Source: Ignavibacteria bacterium (GTDB taxonomy: Bacteria > Bacteroidota > Ignavibacteria > Ch128b). From it: a stretch of 64,000 nucleotides of DNA. Location of the stretch: assembly GCA_016873845.1 (NCBI GenBank), contig VGVX01000005.1:2002-66001 (forward strand). Reading direction: 5' to 3'. Below are positions 1 to 9,680 of the stretch, in pieces. How positions within the stretch are numbered: the first letter of the stretch is position 1; each line of letters opens with the position of its first letter. The position numbers and the translations under genes were made by a program. The notes below the pieces were generated by a model that had not been told where the DNA came from, ran no database searches, and worked only from the letters and a program-made list of their open reading frames with translations.

Positions 1-3000
1 TTAATACTTTATACTGACAAACTTGCAGATGAACTTAAAGAACTTATTTCTGATACAACAAAACTTTTCTATTCTAGGGAAAGCATCTTCGAATTATTGA
101 AGGATGCAGAGAGAAAACAAAATTATAGATACCAATTTTTCAAGAATGAATATGAACCGATTGCTTGGACTAACCAGTTCTTCACATTTGATTTTCCAGT
201 TAAACTCTTGGCACAAGATAGTCTGATCACAATTAAAAAAGGCAATTTTCGGACGTTTGTTGCCTTCTACAAAAAAATATTCGAGCATTTTGAGGATAGC
301 TATTTCTTAGCCGGATACGAAAACATCGAAAACAATTACCCGATCAAAAATGAATACTTTACTGCCTCTTCATTGGAAAATGATTTTACAAGTGAATATG
401 AAACAAAAATTTCACTTAACCTGTCTGAAAATGCATCTCCTCGTTTAGATGGAAGAATATTTTCTCAGCAACTCAATCATGTTGACGGCTCGAGAGCAGG
501 ATTCATTTATATTAATCACCTTTCCAAGTCAGCATTTATCGAGCATTTAAAAAAATTGTTTTCCAATTTCCAGCAGCTTTTATTTTTATTGCTCATAGGA
601 ATTCTTTTCTTCTCTTTAATCAGAGATTTTCAGCATATCAATTCCAGACTTTCGAAGATTGCAGTCACAACAGCATTTATTTGGCTGATTCGGATTATTC
701 TATTTTATTTTCAATTTCCATCCAATTTCATTCAGAGCGAACTTTTCAATCCACTCTATTTTGCTTCAAGATTTGGATTCGGGATTGTTAAATCGCCAGG
801 AGAACTATTTATTACGGCTTCTGCTTTGCTGATCAACATGATTTACGTTTTTATGCTTTTCAGAAGGTGGTTAGTTGATCATTCCGATCTTTCTCAGAAA
901 TATTTCTCGAAGACTTTTATATCAATTTTGGGAGCTGTCTGTTTGCTTGTATTTCCATTATTGCTAAGAGGATTTGGTGCTGCAATACGTAGTTTTGTTT
1001 TTGATTCATCGATAAAATATTTTGAGTCAGCATCAATTCTGCCAAGTCTTCCTTTCCTTGTGATGCATATAAATGTGTTTCTAACCAGTACGAGCATGAT
1101 CATTGCTTCGCTGATACTGTATAGTTTCATATTTCGTGGGGTAAATCACTGGCATGAATTTAAAAATCAAATTAATATATCTCTTGTCTCAATAGGATTG
1201 GTAATAATTGCATGTATAATTTTTTTACTTGTTGATGGAAGCAGGCAGTTTACGTTTTTCTTCCTTGTTGTATTTGTGTTGCTGCTTGCCTTTTTCAGTT
1301 ATCAATTTCTTCAAGCTAAATTACCGGCGAATTTTAATATTATAATTTCAATATTAATATTCTCCTCACTTGTTGACATATCCATGCTGTTTCAGAAAAA
1401 CGATCTATTGGAAAGAGAACTTCAAAGAAATCTTACTTATGAATTAGTAAGACCGCAGGATCAATTAACTAATTTTGTATTGAATGAAACTCTGACTAGT
1501 CTTGGAAACAATAATGATCTCATTCAAGAGTTTTTGAAACGTGATGGAGAACAAAATTTTGAGTTAACTGCATTTACGCTATGGGTAAATAGTCTTCTAA
1601 GCAGCGAGGGGGTGAATTCAAATTTACAGTTACTGAATAAATTCGGAAATTTACTCGGTTCATTTGGGGTAGGAATTGACAATACAGATTATTTTCAGAA
1701 ATATTTCGATCCGAGGTTAATCTCACAACACACAATTTTTATAAATCAAAATCAGTATCCGAATAATATTTTTGGCGTCATGCCAATTCGTTTTAATGGC
1801 AGAATTCTTGGATTTGCGGCTCTAACGCTCGAAGTACCTTCCAATCGAAAAATAACTGCACATTTTAATCAATCAGGCACACCGAAGATTTTCAAAAATA
1901 TTCAGAGGGAACGAAATCCTATAGAACTCCTTCCAGATGCAGTGATCTATACCTTTTGGAAAAATGAATTAGTGCGTGTACGTGGAGAAGATATACCAGA
2001 AAGACGATCTCTTCCAAAAGAAATTAACGAAACGCCAATAGAATCTGGTAGTTATGAGCTTTGGTCAAGTGAAAAATTCGGTAATCGATCTTATTCGACA
2101 TACTACCTCCTCTACGAGGAGAATGCTGTAGGAAAAATTCTTGCTGTGAGTGTTGAAAAGAAAAGTTTTCTGTGGCATGTTTTTAATTTTTTTAGGCTAA
2201 TCTTTATTCATTTTTTAATTACCGTGACGGTTATATTATTGATAGCGGTATCTTTATTCCTTAAGGGTTATCGGTTCCGCATTCGATTCAAAACGAAACT
2301 ATTTGCCGGCTTGCTCATCGTAACGATAATCCCTTTAATCATACTAGCTTATTATAATCGTGAAAATTCTCTCGAAAGCTGGAATCAATCAACAAGAAAT
2401 GAATTACGAAAGGATCTTGATGTAATTGAAATTTATCTAGGGGATATTTTTTCAAAAGGGATATCTTCAACAAACGCGAGTGAATTAAATCGTATCTCAA
2501 AGAAACTTCAAGTTGATTTTAATGTCTATGTGAATGACAGGCTTTTTTATTCTACGCAGAAAAAACTTTACGATCTAAACTTTTTCCAAGCGGGAATGAG
2601 CTCAGAGATTTATAATGAATTATTTTTGAATGATAAATCTTATTCATTTGATTTTGAATACGTTGGAGATTATAAATACTTAGTTGGATTTAAGAAATTT
2701 TCAGTCGAGGGACTTGGTCAAATCCTCATTTCCAGCCCAACAATTTATCGTCAGGAAAAAATTCAAAAGGAAATAGCTCAAATCGACGCGTTTATTTTCG
2801 GTGCTTACTCTTTCACGCTAATTCTTATTTTTATTTTTGGAAGTTTTATTGTTGAAAGAATTTCCAAGCCGATAAGTGATTTAACAGAAGCTACAAAAAA
2901 AGTCTCTCAGGGTGATCTTCAGGTTCAGCTTGCAACAAATGAAACAGGAGAAGTTGGGGATTTAATTGAAGCTTTTAATTCCATGATCGCAGACTTGGAA

Positions 3001-3702
3001 GAAAGCCGAAAAAACTTAGCCCAAGCTGAAAGGGAGTATGCTTGGAAGGAAATGGCAAAACAAGTTGCTCATGAAATTAAGAATCCGCTCACGCCAATGA
3101 AATTGTCTCTACAGCATCTCCAAGTTCTTTATACGGAAAACCGAAAAGAATTTGGGAAACTGTTTGGCAAAGTATCAGTTAGCTTAGTTGAGCAAATTGA
3201 AGCGTTAAACCGAATCACAAACGAGTTCTCTCATTTTGCGCGAATGCCAAAACGTAATGTTGAAAAATGCGATCTTTTAGAAATTATAAAAGAATCAATT
3301 TCGCTGTTTGCATCGCAATGCAAAATGGAATTTAATTTTGTTAAGGATGAACAATTTTTTATCAGCGGCGACCGTGAGGAGCTTAAGAGAATCTTTATAA
3401 ATATTTTTAAAAACTCTATTCAAGCGGATAGTACTACTGTAAAAGTCAAGCTCTTTAAAGATGTGAAATATAATTTTATTAATATTGAAGATGATGGGCA
3501 CGGGATATCTCAAGAAAATTTGAGTAAGATTTTTGAGCCGAATTTTTCTACGAAAAGCGAGGGAATGGGATTGGGATTGTCGATGATTAAGAAAATAATT
3601 GATGAGATGGAGGGAACAATTGAAATCGAAAGCAAGGAAAATAATGGAACGATAGTCAGAATAATTATTCCTGTTTTCACCGAAACACAAACCGAAGATT
3701 AG
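1..3702 (+). CDS. Multi-membrane-module sensor histidine kinase. It has a 7TM-type N-terminal membrane region, a second TM/periplasmic module, then HAMP, HisKA and HATPase_c domains. The 5' end is truncated by the window edge.
   Basis: The reading frame is open from nt 1, with no stop codon before the TTG at 97 given in the ORF track. The H-box is HEIKNPLTPM. The ATP-binding G-box region is DDGHGIS...GLGLSM. A HAMP-like segment follows the last TM helix. No response regulator gene is adjacent. Confidence 0.85.
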   Translation, partial: LILYTDKLADELKELISDTTKLFYSRESIFELLKDAERKQNYRYQFFKNEYEPIAWTNQFFTFDFPVKLLAQDSLITIKKGNFRTFVAFYKKIFEHFEDSYFLAGYENIENNYPIKNEYFTASSLENDFTSEYETKISLNLSENASPRLDGRIFSQQLNHVDGSRAGFIYINHLSKSAFIEHLKKLFSNFQQLLFLLLIGILFFSLIRDFQHINSRLSKIAVTTAFIWLIRIILFYFQFPSNFIQSELFNPLYFASRFGFGIVKSPGELFITASALLINMIYVFMLFRRWLVDHSDLSQKYFSKTFISILGAVCLLVFPLLLRGFGAAIRSFVFDSSIKYFESASILPSLPFLVMHINVFLTSTSMIIASLILYSFIFRGVNHWHEFKNQINISLVSIGLVIIACIIFLLVDGSRQFTFFFLVVFVLLLAFFSYQFLQAKLPANFNIIISILIFSSLVDISMLFQKNDLLERELQRNLTYELVRPQDQLTNFVLNETLTSLGNNNDLIQEFLKRDGEQNFELTAFTLWVNSLLSSEGVNSNLQLLNKFGNLLGSFGVGIDNTDYFQKYFDPRLISQHTIFINQNQYPNNIFGVMPIRFNGRILGFAALTLEVPSNRKITAHFNQSGTPKIFKNIQRERNPIELLPDAVIYTFWKNELVRVRGEDIPERRSLPKEINETPIESGSYELWSSEKFGNRSYSTYYLLYEENAVGKILAVSVEKKSFLWHVFNFFRLIFIHFLITVTVILLIAVSLFLKGYRFRIRFKTKLFAGLLIVTIIPLIILAYYNRENSLESWNQSTRNELRKDLDVIEIYLGDIFSKGISSTNASELNRISKKLQVDFNVYVNDRLFYSTQKKLYDLNFFQAGMSSEIYNELFLNDKSYSFDFEYVGDYKYLVGFKKFSVEGLGQILISSPTIYRQEKIQKEIAQIDAFIFGAYSFTLILIFIFGSFIVERISKPISDLTEATKKVSQGDLQVQLATNETGEVGDLIEAFNSMIADLEESRKNLAQAEREYAWKEMAKQVAHEIKNPLTPMKLSLQHLQVLYTENRKEFGKLFGKVSVSLVEQIEALNRITNEFSHFARMPKRNVEKCDLLEIIKESISLFASQCKMEFNFVKDEQFFISGDREELKRIFINIFKNSIQADSTTVKVKLFKDVKYNFINIEDDGHGISQENLSKIFEPNFSTKSEGMGLGLSMIKKIIDEMEGTIEIESKENNGTIVRIIIPVFTETQTED

Positions 3703-3705
3703 TTC

Positions 3706-6700
3706 GTGGCACATTCCTTAAGCAGCCAGCAGAAAAAAGCATTACTCATTGACAGGAATATTGCATTAACAGCAAATGCAGGTTCAGGAAAGACTTTTAT
3801 TTTGTCGAGAAGGTTTTTGGAGACGGTTATTTCCAAAAATATTTCGGTGAATCAAATTGCAGCAATAACGTTCACTGAAAAAGCTGCGGGTGAACTATTG
3901 GCAAAAATCTCAAATGATATTGATGAATTTTTATTGAGTGAAATTCCTCAAAAGCTTCGCTTGCAAATTCAAAAATTTCGCGATTTAATTTTAACCGCGA
4001 AGATCTCCACAATCCATTCCTTTTGCTCTGACATTCTAAAAAAATATCCAATTGAAGCTGAGATCGACACACAATTCTCAATTATTGAAGACTCAGAGAA
4101 AAAGGAAATAATTACCTCTGCCGTTGATAAAGCTGTTAAAGACTTGTTGAGCGAGAACATTGTCAAAGATGTGCTTCGAATTTTTGGGAAGCAGCATCTC
4201 TTCGAAAAGCTTGAGAGAATGATCAATAAAAGATATTTAACCGAGAAAGTGCTAGATAATCTCTATGAAAATGACTTTGAACACTTCAATAAAAAGATTG
4301 ATGAACTATACATAAAATATTTCTCAAGCGAATCCTCATGCAAAAGAGTCCAAAATCTAGTCAGCCAGCTGAGAAATGTTTTGCCTTTTATGATTGATTC
4401 TATGAGTGCGGAACTTTCGGATCTGATCGCGAGTGTCAAAAAGAACATTGAAGTTCGTAACTTCCAAGAAGTATTTCTTCTTCTTTCAGAATTAAATCAG
4501 ATTGTATTTGTCAAAAATTGGGATGGTATCCGAAAGAAATCTTTCGTCAAGGGAAAAATCGATTGTACTGAGTTTGATGAATTTATCGAACGACTTTTTT
4601 TTGAGATGGAATACTTTTCACCATTTATCAATGCGGAGTATTATGATGAGATCAATGAAAGGAAAAGATTTTTTCTCACACTAGCGATCATTGAAATATA
4701 TGACTCAGCTTTACAGATTTTTGAAAGTGAAAAAAATAAACTTGGGTTTTTGGATTACGATGATCTTTTAATTAAAACTGATCGACTGTTAGATAATGAA
4801 ATTGTTCGAAACGAAATCTCAAATTCGTTAAAGTACATCTTAGTAGATGAGTTTCAGGACACAGATCAGCTTCAGTATTCAATATTAAAAAAAATTACAA
4901 ATGATTTTGACGAGGAACATTTTCTATTCATTGTTGGAGATGAGAAGCAAAGCATTTATGGTTTTAGGAACGCTGACATTAAAGTCTTTCAAAATGCCAA
5001 AAGTGGAATTTCGAATTCTAATTCATTAATTGCAGAGTTTGATTTCTATGATGAAAAAGTTGAATTAATTAATAACGAAACTTCCGGAATTATCACTCTT
5101 CCAGAAAACTATCGATTGCTTCCGAACTTAATTGCATTTAATAATTATTTCTTCAAATCACTAATGGAAGATAATATTGATTTGAGTGCCGTAAATTTTG
5201 ATGGAGAGGTTTCATATTCTGATTTAGTGCATGCAAGAAATAATAACGCAAATGGAATAGTTGAACTGCTTATCAATAACGAATCAATTGAGGATGAAGT
5301 TGAAAAGGTGGCGGATAAAATTGAATGGCTCGTCAACAGCGAATATAAAATATTTACTAAAGATAAAAGTGCGAATTCTGAAATCGAGCAATCAGTAAAT
5401 TATCGAGACATAGGTATTTTATTCCGTGAAAAATCTTTTTTCAAAAAGTTCGAACGTGAATTTGCGAAGAGAAAAATTCCATATACTATCACCGGAGGGA
5501 AAGGTTATTATCAAACTGAGGAAATAACAGATTGGATCCAATATTTTAAATTCCTATCGGATTTGAAAAATGATGTTGCACTCGCAGCTGTACTGCGATC
5601 ACCATTTTATGCTCTGAGCGATAATATACTATTTGAGATTAGCGAAATCCAAAATGGCGATAGTCTGTTCGAAAAATTTATTATGTATGCAAAAAACTTC
5701 GATAAAAGTGAAGTTTTGAATGTATATGATTCATTAAACCGGCACTTAAACGTTGCTGGTAGAATTACACTACCAAACTTGATTCAACTCATATTAAATG
5801 ATACGGGTTATTTGGGTGTGATTGCATCTGATCAAAGAGCAAACCAAATCAATGCAAATGTACTGAAGCTTCTTGATAATGCAAGAGAGTTTGAAGCGAA
5901 AGGATTTTCCGATCTTTTCGATTTTACAGAATATTTAAAATTTAATTGGAAGGAGGATACTGAGGTCGGTGAGGCTCCAATTAATGAAATGTCTAACAGT
6001 GTAAAACTGCTTACAATTCATCAAGCCAAAGGTTTGGAGTTCCCAGTAGTTATTATCCCGCGGTCAGATATGCCAATCAAAAACTACCAACTTAATTACG
6101 GACAGCTTGATGTTGAAGAGAACACGGGATTAATATTTAAAATTAACTCAGGAACTGAAAACATACATACTAAATCTTCTGTTCTCGGTTATCACATCAA
6201 AAGTCAAAATAATTACAATGAAGCACTAAGAGTTTTTTATGTAGCTTTAACAAGAGCAAGAGACTATTTGATAATTTCCGGAACTGGCCACGATAAGTTG
6301 TTTACACAGAATTCTCTGTTGAAGAAAATTCTTGAGATACTTGAAGTAGCTGATTTCAGGACTAATCGTAAGCTTACTCGCAATGTTAAGCTGAGTTCTA
6401 TATATCTAGCTGAGAAAGAATCGAAGTTACTTGAGAGGAATTTTCAACTTGAAGTTAATTTGAATCCGGCTGTTAAAAAAGTAACAAAGAAGATGGAAAC
6501 AATTGGGAAACAAAAAGCTTCTTCGGCAAAAGAGATTGCGATTTCTGCATTAACAGATTTGCCAAAAGGTGAATTTTTCACAGCTACACAGTTAAATGCC
6601 TTTTCTCTCTGCCCGACAAAATATTTAATTAAGTATCAAATTGGCCTCGATGAAAATTTTTCAAGCTCAGACCCGACTTTGAACCTCACTGGAAATTCCA

Positions 6701-7323
6701 ATTTGGCTGGTCCAAGATTTGGAAATCTCGTTCATCAAATAATGGAAAAGATCACCTCTCATCAAATAACCGAAGTCGAGATAATTAAACTCATTGATAG
6801 CTCATTGATTGAATATCGGGAGTTTTCAGCTGCCGAGGTTCGAAGCGAATTAATCTCAGTGCTGAATAAAATCGTTAATTCAGAAATATTTAAGACGATT
6901 TTTTCAAAACCAAATTTTCTTGTTGAACAAGAAATTAATTCAAAATTTGGCGATCAGTTTTTATGCGGCATTATCGATCGCATCGTAATAGAAGAAAACA
7001 AGATTACAATTGTTGATTTTAAGACTGACACTTTTATTCTCCAAGAGTATGAGAAGAAAGTTTCGGATTACTTAATCCAAATGGGATTTTATTCTGTTCT
7101 AGTAAAAAATTATTTTAGGTCGATCAAGGAGATAGAACTTGTTTTGTTCTTTATTCGTTATCCTGAAAAACCATTTATAAAAAGCTTTAGCTTCGATGAA
7201 ATATTACAGTATGAAAATCTATTTAAGACGAACTTAAATAAAATCATTAACGGACAATTCGAAAAGAACATAACTCATTGTTCTGAATGTGAATTTTACT
7301 ATGGCAGAAGCTGCCTTCTTTAG
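3706..7323 (+). CDS. UvrD/PcrA-family superfamily-1 helicase fused to a C-terminal PD-(D/E)XK nuclease (RecB/AddB/Cas4-like) with a Cys4 iron-sulfur signature.
   Basis: Walker A motif is ANAGSGKTF and motif II is VDEFQDTD. The C-terminus carries a Cys in CPTKY, the nuclease motifs IIDRIV...IVDFKTD, and a terminal CSECEFYYGRSC. The start codon is GTG. Confidence 0.8.
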   Translation: MAHSLSSQQKKALLIDRNIALTANAGSGKTFILSRRFLETVISKNISVNQIAAITFTEKAAGELLAKISNDIDEFLLSEIPQKLRLQIQKFRDLILTAKISTIHSFCSDILKKYPIEAEIDTQFSIIEDSEKKEIITSAVDKAVKDLLSENIVKDVLRIFGKQHLFEKLERMINKRYLTEKVLDNLYENDFEHFNKKIDELYIKYFSSESSCKRVQNLVSQLRNVLPFMIDSMSAELSDLIASVKKNIEVRNFQEVFLLLSELNQIVFVKNWDGIRKKSFVKGKIDCTEFDEFIERLFFEMEYFSPFINAEYYDEINERKRFFLTLAIIEIYDSALQIFESEKNKLGFLDYDDLLIKTDRLLDNEIVRNEISNSLKYILVDEFQDTDQLQYSILKKITNDFDEEHFLFIVGDEKQSIYGFRNADIKVFQNAKSGISNSNSLIAEFDFYDEKVELINNETSGIITLPENYRLLPNLIAFNNYFFKSLMEDNIDLSAVNFDGEVSYSDLVHARNNNANGIVELLINNESIEDEVEKVADKIEWLVNSEYKIFTKDKSANSEIEQSVNYRDIGILFREKSFFKKFEREFAKRKIPYTITGGKGYYQTEEITDWIQYFKFLSDLKNDVALAAVLRSPFYALSDNILFEISEIQNGDSLFEKFIMYAKNFDKSEVLNVYDSLNRHLNVAGRITLPNLIQLILNDTGYLGVIASDQRANQINANVLKLLDNAREFEAKGFSDLFDFTEYLKFNWKEDTEVGEAPINEMSNSVKLLTIHQAKGLEFPVVIIPRSDMPIKNYQLNYGQLDVEENTGLIFKINSGTENIHTKSSVLGYHIKSQNNYNEALRVFYVALTRARDYLIISGTGHDKLFTQNSLLKKILEILEVADFRTNRKLTRNVKLSSIYLAEKESKLLERNFQLEVNLNPAVKKVTKKMETIGKQKASSAKEIAISALTDLPKGEFFTATQLNAFSLCPTKYLIKYQIGLDENFSSSDPTLNLTGNSNLAGPRFGNLVHQIMEKITSHQITEVEIIKLIDSSLIEYREFSAAEVRSELISVLNKIVNSEIFKTIFSKPNFLVEQEINSKFGDQFLCGIIDRIVIEENKITIVDFKTDTFILQEYEKKVSDYLIQMGFYSVLVKNYFRSIKEIELVLFFIRYPEKPFIKSFSFDEILQYENLFKTNLNKIINGQFEKNITHCSECEFYYGRSCLL

Positions 7324-7364
7324 AAGTTAAAGACCATTTTGATAATTTTTACTAAAGGGTACTA

Positions 7365-8204
7365 ATGAGAAAATATATTTTATTACAATTATTTATATCA
7401 GCACTTTTTGGGAATATAAGTATTGCTGCCGATTCCTTGAAGGTCTGTTGCGATCCTCCGTCAATAGCGATTGAAGACAACTCATTTTTTATAGAGGAAG
7501 CTTATAATCAAGAACCAGGAGTTGTTCAGCATATTTTTACCGGTCAATATGCATGGAAATATTTTAAATCCGTTGGATTGTCATTTACACAAGAATGGCC
7601 GATTGGAGACGAGCATCACCAAATAAGTTTTTCAATCCCATTTACTAGCTTACTTTCGAACTCTTCATCAGGTGTTGGAGACATTATGCTGAACTATAGG
7701 TATGAACTCACTGGAAGAGATGACTTTGCAGTTTCCGCTCCAAGATTTTCAATAATATTTCCTACTGGCAAGGTTGAAGGCGGGTTTGGATCTGGTAATC
7801 TTGGATATCAAGTCAATCTGCCGGTCAGTAAACGATGGAATGATTTTCTTGTTAATCATTTTAATGTGGGCTTTACTTTTTTTCCAAATGCACGAACCAA
7901 AACTTCAGCTGGTGTTGAAGCAAAAAATGATATTTATTCATTCGACATTGGAGGGAGTGCTATTTGGCTAGTTCGCCAAAATTTTAATCTTATGTTTGAA
8001 ATTTTACACTCATATTTTGTTGAAATTGATGCAAGTGGAAAAAAACAAAAAATGAATGTGACTATTTTCAATCCTGGTTTTCGATTTGCGATTGATATTA
8101 GTGATCTGCAGATTGTACCTGGTTTATCAATTCCATTGAACTATCAAAGCAAGAAGATTACGCCCGAGCTGTTCTTCTACTTATCATTTGAACATAATTT
8201 TTAA
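7365..8204 (+). CDS. Secreted hypothetical protein, probably an outer-membrane beta-barrel, possibly of the MetA-pathway/phenol-degradation-like transporter type.
   Basis: It has an N-terminal signal peptide, alternating amphipathic beta-strand character, and a C-terminal aromatic residue (…SFEHNF). Confidence 0.45.
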   Translation: MRKYILLQLFISALFGNISIAADSLKVCCDPPSIAIEDNSFFIEEAYNQEPGVVQHIFTGQYAWKYFKSVGLSFTQEWPIGDEHHQISFSIPFTSLLSNSSSGVGDIMLNYRYELTGRDDFAVSAPRFSIIFPTGKVEGGFGSGNLGYQVNLPVSKRWNDFLVNHFNVGFTFFPNARTKTSAGVEAKNDIYSFDIGGSAIWLVRQNFNLMFEILHSYFVEIDASGKKQKMNVTIFNPGFRFAIDISDLQIVPGLSIPLNYQSKKITPELFFYLSFEHNF

Positions 8205-8219
8205 ACTGAAATTTTTTAC

Positions 8220-9569
8220 ATGAATGAAAAGCGGATAAAAATTCTAAAAAATGGCGAGATAAAATTTGGGCCTGTAGTTTATTGGATGAGCCGCGATCAG
8301 CGAGTAAATGATAATTGGGCTTTGCTGTATGCACAACAAAAAGCAATAGAGAATAAACAAAATTTAATTGTGATCTTTAATTTGGTCCCAAAATTCTTAG
8401 AGGCATCAATTCGTCAATATGGTTTCATGCTTAAGGGATTAGAAGAAGTCGAAAAAGAGTTGAGTCGTTTCAACATTTCGTTTTCTTTATTAATCGGCGA
8501 TCCAGCACAAAACATTGTTAAATATGTTAACGACACAAAAGTATCTGTTCTGATTTCCGATTTTTCACCGCTAAAGATTGTTCGAGAATGGAAAAACAAA
8601 GTCGCGCTAAAAATCAAAAATCCATTTTACGAAATCGATGCTCACAACATAGTTCCATGTTGGGAAGCATCTGACAAACTCGAATTTGCTGCGTATACTA
8701 TCAGACCGAAAATCAATAGAAAATTAAATGAATATCTAATCGATTTTCCAAATTTGAAAAAGATGCCAAGGAAAAATAAAAATTACTCCAATCCCGTGAA
8801 TTGGTCACACACAACCAATTCACTTCGAATTGATTTCTCGATCCCCGAAGTTGACTGGCTGCAATCCGGGGAGAAAGCTGCTTCTATGCAACTGAATCGT
8901 TTTATCGAGAAAAAACTTAATCAATATGCTGAGAATAGAAATGATCCGGCTCTGAATTTTCAGTCGCAGCTTTCACCGTACATTCATTTTGGACAAATCT
9001 CTGCTCAACGTATTGCATTGACAATTCAAAACTTGAATAAGAATGTTCAATCCACAGAAGCGTTTCTTGAAGAATTGATTGTACGACGGGAATTATCTGA
9101 TAATTTTTGTTATTACAATTCCGATTATGATTCTGTTAAAGGCTTTCCTGATTGGGCAAAAAAAACGTTAAATGAACATAGGAACGATAAGAGAGCTCAT
9201 CTGTATTCAATTGAACAATTTGAAAAATCTCAAACACACGATAAACTTTGGAATGCTGCACAACAAGAAATAGTCCAAACTGGAAAAATGCATGGCTATA
9301 TGAGAATGTACTGGGCAAAAAAGATTCTTGAGTGGAGTAAGTCACCAGAACAAGCACTCGAAACAGCTATTTATCTAAATGATAAATACTCACTTGATGG
9401 ACGCGATCCGAATGGATATACAGGATGTGCATGGTCAATTGGGGGAGTTCATGATCGAGCATGGGGAGAAAGAGAAGTTTTTGGTAAAATCCGCTATATG
9501 AACTACAATGGCTGTAAAAGAAAATTTGATTTAGATAAATATATCTCTGCATTTCTGAATACATTATAA
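8220..9569 (+). CDS. phr: Deoxyribodipyrimidine photolyase, class II (CPD photolyase).
   Basis: The N-terminal motif VVYWMSRDQRVNDNWALLYAQ is characteristic of class II photolyases. Length is about 450 aa and the C-terminal FAD-binding region is conserved. Confidence 0.85.
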   Translation: MNEKRIKILKNGEIKFGPVVYWMSRDQRVNDNWALLYAQQKAIENKQNLIVIFNLVPKFLEASIRQYGFMLKGLEEVEKELSRFNISFSLLIGDPAQNIVKYVNDTKVSVLISDFSPLKIVREWKNKVALKIKNPFYEIDAHNIVPCWEASDKLEFAAYTIRPKINRKLNEYLIDFPNLKKMPRKNKNYSNPVNWSHTTNSLRIDFSIPEVDWLQSGEKAASMQLNRFIEKKLNQYAENRNDPALNFQSQLSPYIHFGQISAQRIALTIQNLNKNVQSTEAFLEELIVRRELSDNFCYYNSDYDSVKGFPDWAKKTLNEHRNDKRAHLYSIEQFEKSQTHDKLWNAAQQEIVQTGKMHGYMRMYWAKKILEWSKSPEQALETAIYLNDKYSLDGRDPNGYTGCAWSIGGVHDRAWGEREVFGKIRYMNYNGCKRKFDLDKYISAFLNTL

Positions 9570-9646
9570 CACTCTTGTTTTTATTCTAACCTGGCACAAG
9601 CTTCTTAAGCTGCTTGACACTATTAAACTTTTTCATTATATTAAAA

Positions 9647-9679
9647 ACATACAAAACGAACATAACGAAGATAACAAAT
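9647..9679 (+). promoter_or_regulatory. Three tandem approximately 11-bp direct repeats (ACATACAAAAC / GAACATAACGA / AGATAACAAAT) immediately upstream of the CarH-like gene. They are a candidate operator.
   Basis: Read directly from the sequence. CarH-type repressors are known to bind tandem 11-bp direct repeats that overlap their promoters. The match to the published consensus is weak. Confidence 0.2.
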
Positions 9680-9680
9680 A

